NCBI RefSeq assembly: GCF_001447785.1
Contig: NW_015173223.1
Span: 82,593-135,287 of the forward strand
Origin: Gekko japonicus
Taxonomy: Eukaryota
DNA: 52,695 nt
Direction of reading: 5' to 3'
Shown: positions 23,650 through 33,705 of the stretch, one piece after another
How the letters are laid out: the number at the start of each line of letters is the position of its first letter
Position numbering within the stretch: the stretch's first letter is position 1
Position numbers and translations under genes: made by a program
Notes under the pieces: generated by a model
Database searches by the model: none
What the model was told of the DNA's origin: nothing
Seen by the model: only the letters and a program-made list of their open reading frames with translations

Positions 23650-26346
23650 TAAGTCTATCTGTTCAAAACCAATGAAACCAACTGAAGCTAGCCAAGAGGG
23701 GAGACGGACAGAAATATTGTAGAAAAATCAATGACAAAAGGCAAATGCATCCAGTAATCTTTTTCATTGTTTATTTCTTTTATTCAATTTATATCCTGCC
23801 CTCCCCACAAGCTGACTCAGGGCAGATCACAGTTGTCTGGGATTTAGATATAAAAAGCAAAAGTTACAACTGAAAAATTCTCACCTCTCAAGATTTCAAC
23901 ACAAAGCTGGAAACAGGCAAACAATAAATAAATCTGTTCACTGGTAGGTCAAATGATTCCTTTATGCAGCAAAATACATAATAGTACAAAGGGTTGTTGA
24001 AACCCGATGCACCATTTAGAAAGCAGGAAAGCAAAAATAATTTTAAAAACTGTTAGGTTGGATCCAGCCAGGAACTTCACTATGTCCTGCCCAATTCCCT
24101 TCCTTATTACAACCTATATTCCACATGTCTTTGTCCATGCACGTCCCATGATCCCCAGTACACCCTTTTTTGGTGATGGAATGCCCCCCATTCTTTTTTC
24201 TAGCAAGAAAGCCGGTTGGACCCAACCCACTCAAATGAAAATGCTATTCCTAGCAGCATAAGAGAGGAATTGGACTATAAGTATGCAAACACACTCCTTA
24301 TATTCGTTCAAATGCACAAAACTTAGCTAGAGCCTTTCTGAAGGCCACTTTGACCTCCCTGTTTCTCAAGCTATATATCAGGGGGTTGGACAAGGGAGTT
24401 AGGACTGTATAGAAAAGGGAGAAGACTTTGTTGAGGTCTGTTTTGGGCAACATGTAAACAATCATGATGGTGCCATAGAAAATGGACACCACAATAAGGT
24501 GAGAGGAGCAGGTGGAAAAGGCCTTTTGCCTGCCAGAGGTAGATGGGATGCTGACAATGGCAGAGATGATGTAGCCATACGATGTCAGGGTCAACAGAAA
24601 TGGGGGGAGGGAACACACAGCAGCTAGGAAGAAAGTTAGAAGTTTAATGGCATGTGTGTCACTGCAAGACAGCTTCAATATGGGATTAAAGTCACAAAAG
24701 AAATGGTCGATTTCAGAGGGACCACAGAAGGTCAGTTGGTGCATTAAATATATAGTTATGTTTATAGCCATGGAACCACTAACCCAAGATCCAGCTACTA
24801 GCTGGAGGCACATCTTACCATTCATAAGTACTGTATAGAGCAGTGGCTTACAGATTGCCACGTATCTATCATAAGACATTGCTGCAAGGAGATAACATTC
24901 TGAAGCTGCCAAGAAACCGAAGAAGTAATACTGTGTCATGCAGCCCATGACAGAAATGGTTCCTGGGCCCCCATGAAACAGATTAGCCAGCATCACGGGA
25001 AGGATATTGGAGCTGTAGCAGGTCTCCAAGCAGGACAAGTTGCCCAAGAAGAAATACATGGGGGTGTGAAGGTGACGGTCAACCACAACCAACACCAGAA
25101 TGAGGATATTCCCCACCATGGTTACAATGTAGATCACTAAGAAGAGCAAAAACAGAAGCAACTCTTGATCCCCAAGATCCCCAAAGCCCAGAAGAAGGAA
25201 TTCAGTGACAGTTGTTTCATTTTCTTGTTCTGCTTTTCCCATGCTGGTAGCTCAAACCTGCAAAGGCCAAATAAACTGCACTTTAGAGTGGTGAAAATCA
25301 CTGTATGTAAAGACCAGGCACTAAAGGAGATGGTGGTAGATGGGGAAGACAGAGCTTAAGAAGTGCCATGGCTCAGTGGTAGACACTGCGGACTGAATCA
25401 AGCCAGCTTTTTCACTCAGCCCCCAACTCATGTGGCATTTGTCCACATATGTCTTATGATGCCCAGCATATCCTTGTTTGGCAGTCAAATAGCCTCTTTG
25501 GGCAGTCCTCCTGTTATGACATCAGAGAAGCTACTTGGACCCAAACCTGTGGTCTTTACACAGATGATCATCAGGTAGCAATGATGGAAAAGACCCTTCT
25601 CTGTCTGTTCTAACAGGTTCCTATTTCTGAGATCAATCCACAACTAGTGACATAAGTCCTGGGGGTTGCTAAGGGATTGCAAGTTGTCTCTATCAAGTGT
25701 TGCTGTATGGTCAGGGGGATCCAGCAATCCTTGCTGCTGGCAATGGGAGGTGGGAATGAAGACAATATCTTTTCACTATATCTGGGTTTATCAAACCACA
25801 ATAGCAGGTTTGTGAATGAACCATTGAATGAATGAACGAGTCTAAATGTACATCCCTCCTTTCATCCTAAACTCCCAAAGTGGCTAATAGATTAGAAGGA
25901 ATTAAGGCACAAAAAGATAAAAAGAACTATTAAAAGTTCATGATAAAAACACTACAAGACCGCAGCTCCATCCTTTCCTCTCCCAGAATGGATAGAATAT
26001 TTGTGAACTTTGATGAAATTATAAGAGCACGGAAAATCCTCTCACACTCAGTTCTAGGAGGCAATATGTTTCCCTCCTATCCCCTTGTTACTCCCTGCAT
26101 TTCAAGAAGTGGTCACAGTGCTGGATTTCCTTACTTACCTCTGTGTTTCCATTCAGGACACAGTCTCCCTTTGTTTTTCTCCTCAGGACCTCCATTCTTC
26201 CTGGAAATGTGTTTTTGTCTCAGCTTTGTTTCCGCCTTATATAATTCATCTGGATGATTCTCTCACCACCCCGTTTTCCCCCTCCCTTCCCACAGGAGAT
26301 GTTCACAGTCTCTTTTGAAGTGGCTTCTCTATTAGACATTCCAGTG
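23650..26346 (-). repeat. Outer left arm of a large inverted duplication (pairs with 45255-48360)
   Basis: Non-coding flanks on both sides of the OR align in reverse complement, e.g. 26190-26330 vs 45270-45410 and 23670-23775 vs 48235-48340. Confidence 0.92.
24298..25242 (-). CDS. Olfactory receptor, class II (OR6/OR11-like), 314 aa; paralogue of 46791-47747 with a 4-aa deletion in extracellular loop 3
   Basis: NET sequon, LHTPMYFFL, MSYDRYVAICKPL, KAFSTCSSHL, NPLIYSLRNREVK; TTTGCAG acceptor 15 nt upstream of the ATG. Confidence 0.96.
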   Translation of the reverse strand: MGKAEQENETTVTEFLLLGFGDLGDQELLLFLLFLVIYIVTMVGNILILVLVVVDRHLHTPMYFFLGNLSCLETCYSSNILPVMLANLFHGGPGTISVMGCMTQYYFFGFLAASECYLLAAMSYDRYVAICKPLLYTVLMNGKMCLQLVAGSWVSGSMAINITIYLMHQLTFCGPSEIDHFFCDFNPILKLSCSDTHAIKLLTFFLAAVCSLPPFLLTLTSYGYIISAIVSIPSTSGRQKAFSTCSSHLIVVSIFYGTIMIVYMLPKTDLNKVFSLFYTVLTPLSNPLIYSLRNREVKVAFRKALAKFCAFERI

Positions 26347-26614
26347 CAAAGGCAAATTAAAAGCACCACAAATAAACAAGCATTGTTAAGTGGGGTCCGC
26401 TTTCTCATATAAAGCAGGTTACATACCTAGTGCACACACACACACCATTACTGCAACTAGTATATATTCAAACTATTTAAGTGTGCAGGTCTTTGAAGTA
26501 GGCTGTGAAGGAAATGTAGTACCATAGGATTATATGAATCTGTGCTTACTGCTATAAGGGTGGCGTTGGAGTTTGATCCAACCAGCTTTTTCACTCAGTC
26601 TCTCTTTATTACAA

Positions 26615-27606
26615 CTGCTGTCCCCAGAGGCCCTGACCATAAAGGGCTTTAAAGGTAAGTACCAGCACCTTGAAGCAAATTTGGTATGCTATCAGGAGCC
26701 AGTGCAATGCTTTCAGCACAGTTTGAATGTGCACCCGCAGAAGGAGGCCCATTAGGAGCTTGGCCACAGCATTTTGCACTAGCTGTAGCTTCCAGATTTG
26801 CAACAAGGGCAGCCCCATGTAGAGAGCATTACAGTAGTCCAATCTCGAGATGACCATCGCATGGATCACTGTTGCCAAGTCGTTGTGTTCAAGGAAGGGA
26901 ACCAACTGTCTGATCAGATGAAGATGATAAAAGGCTGACTTGGCAATGGCTGCTACCTGGACCTCCATTGTTAAGGAGGCATCCAAGAACACTCCCAAGC
27001 TCCTAACCTCTGGTGCTGGCACCAATGGAGCCCCATTGAAGGTCAGATCCCTACCCTCGGCCCACCCCAGCTCAGGCACAGGACCTCCATCTTCATTGGC
27101 TTCAATTTCAGTCGGCTCAGTCTAAACCATCCAGCAATGTCTTGTAATGCCCGGTCTAGATCTTCCGGTTTAGAGTCAGACTGGCCACCCAACAACAGAT
27201 AGAGCTGGGTGTCATCTGCATACTGGTGACATCCCAGCCCATGCCTCTGTGCAAACTGGACAAAGGGGTGCATATAGATATTAAATAGCATCGGGGATAG
27301 CACCGCCCTTTGAGGTACTCAACAATCCAGTGGGTTCCTTCAGGATAGCTGTTCCCCCACTGCCACCCTTTCCCCCCGGCCTTGGAGAAAGGAGACAAGC
27401 CATTGCACGGCAGTGTCAACTCCAGTGTCGATGAGGCAGTGGATCAGTAGCTGAGAGAAAGGAGACAAGCCATTGCAAGGCAGTGTCAACTCCAGTGTCG
27501 ATGCAGTGGATCAGTAGCTGATGGTCGACTGTTTAGAATGTTGCTGACAGGTCCAACAACAACAGCACTGCTAATCCGCCCCAATCCAGATGCCTCTGGA
27601 GGTCAT
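26615..27606 (-). mobile_element. L2 LINE reverse transcriptase fragment (frameshifted)
   Basis: LLLLDLSATF-TVDH, LSPMLFNIYM, HQYADDTQLY, VRSLGVFLD, SRLDYCNALYMGLP. Confidence 0.93.
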
Positions 27607-28017
27607 CCATACCAACCTAATGCCAAAGTGCCTGTACACTGGGATCTTCAAGAGGGTTGGTCCAGCTGGACTTCCGATCTGTGGCTCGGCGATGGCGGTC
27701 GCTCTCCTCTACCTCTGGGGAGGCGATCTGCGCACCAGTGGTCCGGAGGGGTGCCACCTTAAGTGACACCCCCAGGTGAGCCTTGGTAAAAGGCTCCAGG
27801 CCGGGGGGCACTGGGGGGGCGACCTCTTTGATGGCACAAAGCCGGAGAATTGAGGTGCTCTCTTGCCTCAAAGGGTCCATCCACTGTGTGGCTCAGTTTT
27901 ACACTGAGCATAGTCGATGCCAACCGGGACAAGCAGAAGAGATCGACGGAATAACGAGGCTGCAAGAGGTCTATGAATAGACCGACAATGATCCAGAGGA
28001 TGTATCAAGCAGAAAAG

Positions 28018-28305
28018 TTTTAAAAGTGAGTTCCCCCCCCCAATTGAAAGTGGTGTCGGGAGGGTACCTCCGGCGCAAACAAATGAACTTTGCTGAATAA
28101 GCGCAGGGGGGGGAGAAAAGAAGCGTTACAGTGTATGAGAGACTTAATTGCCAAGCGAAGAAGTTAGAAAAGTGGTCCCCCCCCCCACTAATGGAAAATG
28201 GTGCCGGGAGATTACCGGCATAAACAAGCGAACTTTCGAATAAACGAAGGGGGGGGAGGAGAAGCGAAATAGCGTTAAAGTGCATGAGAGACTTAGCTGA
28301 GTTTG
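28018..28305 (+). repeat. Two ~145-bp diverged tandem monomers in the element's 5' UTR
   Basis: AAAAGTG..TCCCCCCC..AAT.GAAA.TGGTG.CGGGAG...AAACAA..GAACTTT..GAATAA...AGCGTTA.AGTG.ATGAGAGACTTA occurs twice. Confidence 0.85.
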
Positions 28306-28357
28306 CGAAGACATTGGGCGTTTTATTGAAGGAAGGTGGATGTAAACAAAGCTGAAA

Positions 28358-29154
28358 ATGGCCGGTGCTCGAGGTAGATTGGGACGAGGAGCGGGGCGGG
28401 GCGGCCAGAGCCCGAGAATGGAAGAGACGGGTGACGTGTTCTCTATGCTATCGGAACTGCTCAAGCTGATTAATGAGAGGCTCAATTATATTAACCAACA
28501 GTTGATCGCTTCAAACCAAAGCCTGGCAAAGCAACAGCAACAAATTGCTGAGCTAACCAAGAGGACGGCACAAACGGAAGAGAAAGTAAAAGAGACAGCA
28601 CATGACACCAAGAAAGTTAAAAAGAAAGTGGGATTGATGGAACAAAGACAAGATTCACAGGAAAGGAGATTGGAAATTGAGGTGATCTATAGATCGTACT
28701 CAAAATATATAAAGCACAACAACCTGCCAGGTTAAATTGTGGTCAAGTTTCACCAAAGACAGACTAGGGATTTAATCCTTAAAGCAACTGTGGCAAGCCC
28801 CCTGAAACTGGGAGGAATGGATATCAGGGTCCTAAAGGACACTCCATTTGAGGTACGTCAGAAAAGGAAGGCTTATAAAGAGTTGATTTCAATCCTGCAA
28901 ATAAATCAAATCCAGTACTCCTGGAACTTTCCTGAGGGTGTCGTGTTTAAATACAGAGATAAAGGGAGAAAATAGACTTGGTTTTAAAAGCAGAAGAATG
29001 GGTGAAGCGACACTTCGGATCGATGGATAGAGATCAGCAAGAGCGAGGCGGCGGAGCAGGCACTGCAGAGAAGGGCTCAGCCAAAGACCCAGGAGCAGTA
29101 GGCGGAGTTCCAGACAGAGATACGTATGACTTACGACTAAGAGGACCGAAGTAA
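28358..29154 (+). pseudogene. L1-type ORF1p (coiled coil, partial RRM, CTD), disrupted
   Basis: Heptad-rich coiled coil; IEVIYR..LPG*IVVKF..RDLILK..IRVLKD..VRQKRK..LQINQIQYSWNFPEGV; stop at 28733-28735 and a frameshift near 28965, then KIDLVLKAEEW..YDLRLRGPK*. Confidence 0.85.
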
Positions 29155-29654
29155 CACTTTAAACTTTAAAGACTTGCAAACGAAGATGATGAGGGAAGAA
29201 TCTCGGCATGCACTTGAATGAACTTGAACTAACATGAACTGACTAATTCTCTGACTTATTGGTTAAAAATGAAATGTGGAATTTATAAAATTAACTGAAT
29301 ACTAACTGTTAATGATCTCTACTCTTGGGTTTTTAGTTATAGTGTGGGCTTGATTTTCTGTCTTTTTAATCCCGGGGTTCTATTCCCCCCCTTTTTTTCA
29401 TTTCCCCCCCTTTTTTCATTTGTCTTTTAGTTTGTAAGTGTAACAAAAAAAACAAATAAAGCTACCCTGTGTTCAGGGGATTAAAAAAAAAAAAGAGGGT
29501 TGGTCCAGCTGGATGAAGCTGCTGCAGTGCACCCTACGCAAGATACACACATGGTTTGTCCCTCAAAGAGTACCACATGCTGCAGGTTTGCAAACACTGA
29601 TGTTCTGTGGATTCAACCATCAGTGTAGAGCCTTCTCTTCCTTCCATAACTAAA

Positions 29655-29885
29655 TGTGTGTCCATGTGTGTGTCAAGTGCCATCAAGTTGCAGCCAAAGT
29701 AGGGCAACTCCATAGGGTTTTGAAGGCAACAGACATTCAGAGGTGATTTGCCATTGCCTGGCTCTGTGTAACGACCCTGGAATTCCTTGGTGGTCTCCCT
29801 TCCAAATACTAAACAGGACCAACTCTGCTTAGCTTCCAAGACCTGACAGGATCAGGCTGACCTGGGCCATCCCGGTTAGGGCCCA
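29655..29885 (-). mobile_element. 5S rRNA-derived SINE (5S-Sauria-like)
   Basis: Minus strand CCTGATCCTGTCAGGTCTTGGAAGCTAAGCAG..TTAGTATTTGGAAGGGAGACC followed by an RTE-like tail. Confidence 0.82.
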
Positions 29886-30045
29886 TAATTCCATACTGGG
29901 GTCAAAGTCAAATGATGCTCTTGAAGAAAATGTGTTAAAATGGTGTTAATTGTGATGAAGTCTTGCCATTTTCAACCCACTTATTCTGAGACCATGCGGA
30001 CGAAGATGGTTGACAACACCTTGTATGATTTTGTGCTTGGGGTTT

Positions 30046-30330
30046 GAGAGCCAGTTTGGTGTAGTGGTTAAGAGCATGGACTCTAATCTGGGAGAACTGG
30101 GTTTGATTCCCCACTCCTCCACATGCAGCTGCCAGCGTGACCTTGGGTCAGTCATAAGTCCTTTCAGAACTGTTCTCTCAAGAGAGAGTTCTCTTAGCCT
30201 CACCTACTTCACAGAGTGTCTGTCGTAGGGCGTGGAAGGGAAAGGGATTGTAAACTGCTCTGAGTCTCTTTTGGGTAGTGAAGGGTGGGGTATAAATCCA
30301 ATCTCCTCCTCCTCCTCCTCCTCCTCCTCC
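30046..30330 (+). mobile_element. Squam3B-type SINE with (CTC)n tail
   Basis: Canonical head and body; absent from the paralogous arm near 42930. Confidence 0.9.
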
Positions 30331-30441
30331 ATTTGTTTTTTGCTTTGATGGGTTAAGTGAATTCATGTGCCTGGTATTTACAGTGTTTTCCACCACACTA
30401 ATGGACAGTTTATTTGGACTTTTCAGGTTTGACCTACCAGC

Positions 30442-30618
30442 ATGGGAAAAACAGAAGAAAATGAAACCACCATCACTGAACTCCTTCTGCTGGGCTTTGG
30501 GAACTTGGGGACCAGCAGTATCTTCTTTTTTTTGTTCTTCATAGTGATCTACATTGAGACCATAGTGGGTAGCACCTTCATTGTGGTGCTGGTAGTGGTT
30601 GACCATGACCTTCACATA
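30442..30618 (+). pseudogene. OR pseudogene 5' stub (N-terminus and TM1 only)
   Basis: MGKTEENETTITELLLLGFGNL..FFIVIYIETIVGSTFIVVLVVVDHDLH, then homology is lost; same acceptor/leader CAGGTTTGA.CTACCAGC-ATG as the intact paralogues. Confidence 0.92.
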
Positions 30619-30897
30619 AGTAGACGCTTCCCCACTGACCCACGTGTGCTTATGCAGTCTAGAGGATTTCAGGACAATTAAGTTTTAATAATGTAATGCT
30701 AAGGTTTCATTGATGTGGGTTGTGCTTTAAAAAAGTTATCTTGTGCATATTTTAAATATATTGCTTGCTTTCCTGGGTGTGTTAGATTAAAGCGAAACAT
30801 ATATTATATTGTTACAGACATATGATTTATGCCATTAATACTGGAGTATTTTTTTGAATGGGCCCTCCTGTGGTGATAGCTGGTATTTCATTCTCAA

Positions 30898-31880
30898 GAG
30901 AACAAATTTAGAGTCCAGTGGCACCTTTTTGTTGTTGTTCAGTCGCACAGTCGAGTCCGACTCTTCGTGACCCCATGGACCAGATCACGCCAGGCCTTTC
31001 TGTCTTCCGCCGTCCACTGAAATGTGCTCAACTTCATGTTCATTGCATCTATGACACTGTCTAACCATCTCATCCTTTGCCGTCCCCATCTTCTTTGACC
31101 TTCAATCTTTCCCAGCATCAGGGTCTTCTCCAGTGAGTGCTCCCTTCTCATTTGGTGGCCAAAGTATTTGAGCTTCAGCTTCAGTATCTGGCCTTCTGGG
31201 GAACAGTCAGGGTTGATTTCTTTTAGGACTGACTGATTTGATCTCCTTGCAGTCTAGAGGACTCTCAAGAGTCTTCTCCAGCACCATAATTCAAAAGAAT
31301 CTATTCTTCGGCGCTCGGCCTTCCTTATAGTCCAACTCTTGCAGCCGTACAGTACTACTGGGAATACCATTGCTTTGACCATGTGGACCATGTGCGCCGT
31401 CCACTGAAATGTGCTCAACTTCATGTTCATTGCATCTATGACACTGTCTAACCATCTCATCCTTTGCCGTCCCCATCTTCTTTGACCTTCAATCTTTCCC
31501 AGCATCAGGGTCTTCTCCAGGGAGTGCTTCCTTCTCATTTGGTGGCCAAAATATTTGAGCTTCAGTTTCATTATCTGGCCTTCCAGGGAACAGTCAGGGT
31601 TGATTTCTTTGAGGATTGACTGAGTCCAAGAGACTCTCAAGAGTCTTCTCCAGCACCATAGTTCAAAAGAATCTATTCTTCGGCACTCGGCCTTCCTGAT
31701 AGTCCAACTCTCGCAGCCATACATGACTACTGGGAATACCATTGCACTTTTAAGACCAACATTTTTTTTTCGAGGTATGAGCTCATACCTAGAATAAAAC
31801 TTTGTTGGTCTTAAAGGTACCACTGGACTCTAAATTTGTCCTTACTGCTTCAGATCAACACGGCTGACCAACTGGATCTA
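30898..31880. mobile_element. Palindromic Penelope pseudo-LTR element interrupted by BovB
   Basis: ACAAATTTAGAGTCCAGTGGCACCTTT|insert|TAAGACCAACA..AGGTATGAGCTCATACCT (perfect palindromic centre)..TGTTGGTCTTAAAGGTACCACTGGACTCTAAATTTGT. Confidence 0.8.
30929..31745 (-). mobile_element. RTE/BovB LINE 3' fragment with an internal tandem duplication
   Basis: AMVFPVVMYGCESWTIRKAE.RRIDSFELWCWRRLLRV..LKLKYFGH.MRR..SLEKTLMLGKIEG.RR.GRQRMRWLD; (CAA)n tail. Confidence 0.95.
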
Positions 31881-32659
31881 TCCCTCCATCATACAACTAC
31901 CATGTCTTAAAGTTCCTGGTTTTCAGTCTTTTGTCGGCTTTCATCTGATCCTATCAGCTAGAGATCTACTCTTGTAACTGTGCTCTTCACAATCCAATCT
32001 GATCCATGCCTCCTTTTGGAAAAGTGAAATCAAAAGAGTGTGTGGGGTGTGTGTGTTGAAACTGCAGGGACAGGAGATTCATAATTGTCCTTACGCCACA
32101 ACTGACAACTGAAAAACATGAATTCACACAGCCCATCAAGGCAAAAGGCCAAACAAGCCCTATGCACAGAATCATAAAAATTGTGTGAGAGGGTGGGCAG
32201 CATTAATACTTACGTTTTGCCACTGTTGGAATCTGGCCCAGTAAGGCCACTAGCATCTATGATGGAATTAATCACTCAGCCTTCTCCCAGCTAGGTCAAG
32301 AAAGGGATCTGGGTGAATAAGTCTGTATGGGTGTAGGGTGATTGCATAAGTTGATGGTGCATCAGAAACCTTTCTACTGCAGTTTGGTTTGGAAATCTGT
32401 CACCTTCTACTCGATCCGCTTGCAGCCCTGATACTCACTGCTGGTGGCTGGGGATGGGCATAAGGGAAAACAGGCAGCGTCAAGGCTTCAGCACAACCAA
32501 GTTTTCATGTGACCATTGAGATTTTAATTTTTTAGCCCAGCATTCTGAGATTCTTATAAAGTTTGAAGATGCACAGGAAGGAGCTCTAGAATTGGATCCT
32601 GTACATTCTGTGGTTCAAAAAAAAAGTGTTTGTGTAAGTCAGTGGACCAATATAGTAGA

Positions 32660-33705
32660 CATATGTATAGACCATTTTATTCAAAAGGAGTTTGAAGTAT
32701 TTTGATTTACAAGTTGGAAAAATGCGAAAGTCACCAGGATAATTGATGTTCTCCATAAACACAAGATCTTAACCAAATCAGACTTAGAAAAAAAATATAA
32801 GACATCATTGAAATGGTATGAATACTTACAGATCCAACATCTGATCACCTCAACGAACTTCAAAGACTCCTGTGGCTTGCCGCTTCTGGAACTGGAACAA
32901 CTATTCCTTAAAAACGATAAGAAGAAGGGGCTTATATCCAAAATTTATCGGATTCTTATCAACACTTCCAATCCAAAAACGATGAACTATCAGAAAGCTT
33001 GGAACAATGACCTAAATGTACAACTCAACGAGGAGGATTGGATGGAAATCTGGCGAAATCAAGCAAAAATCTCTAAACTTGCAACGGATACAAGGAATCA
33101 ATCTCAAAATAACCACCAGATGGTATCTTACACCCCCGAGACTAACGCATATGAATCCTACCATCTCTCCATATTGCTGGAAGAACTGTGGTGAGAAAGC
33201 TTCCTACTTTCACAATTGGTGGGAATGCAAAGTAATCCAGGAATTCTGGAAACAAATCGCTCAGCAAATTGAAACCTTGACGTCCTATAATTTACTGTTA
33301 AATCCTGAAGTAATACTGCTGCATCGCTGGCCAAAGGACTCCCCACCTGCAATTAGAATAAAATTGATTAACATTCTCATTACGACAGCTAAATTAGTAA
33401 TAGCTCAACAATGGAAACAACAAACACCACCAACAGTACAACAATGGTTCGACAAAACATGGGATATATATATGCTGGAAGTGGTCTACACACACAGCCT
33501 TATACACAAATAAAGAGAGTATGGTATAGTGATTAGAGTGTTGGACGACCCATGTCTGAATCCCCACACTGTCATTGATGGTTTCTTGCTGATCTTGGGC
33601 CTGTCACACAATGTCCACCAGACCTACCTCATAGGGTTGCTGTGAGGATAAAATGGAGGAGGGATTAAAAAAATAAAACTAATAAAAATATATATTTTTT
33701 TAAAA
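32660..33705 (+). mobile_element. L1-clade LINE 3' fragment (ORF2 C-terminus) with a templated insert at 33482-33664
   Basis: KGLISKIY..W..DL..RWYLTP..CWKNC..YFHNWWEC..FW..AKLVIAQQWK; AATAAA/A-rich tail. Confidence 0.9.

Larger units (their letters stand above)
27668..29492 (+). mobile_element. ORF1-only L1-derived retroelement (HAL1-like), complete ends
   Basis: 21-bp TSD AAGAGGGTTGGTCCAGCTGGA (27650-27670, 29493-29513); GGACTTCCG..GATGGCGG L1-type 5' end; ORF1; AATAAA at 29455-29460 plus poly(A); no ORF2. Confidence 0.8.
29930..32215 (+). repeat. Inner left arm of the inverted duplication (pairs with ~41570-43035)
   Basis: 29945-30045 and 30330-30900 match 41990-43035 in reverse; 31880-32200 matches 41600-41960 in reverse. 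Confidence 0.88.
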
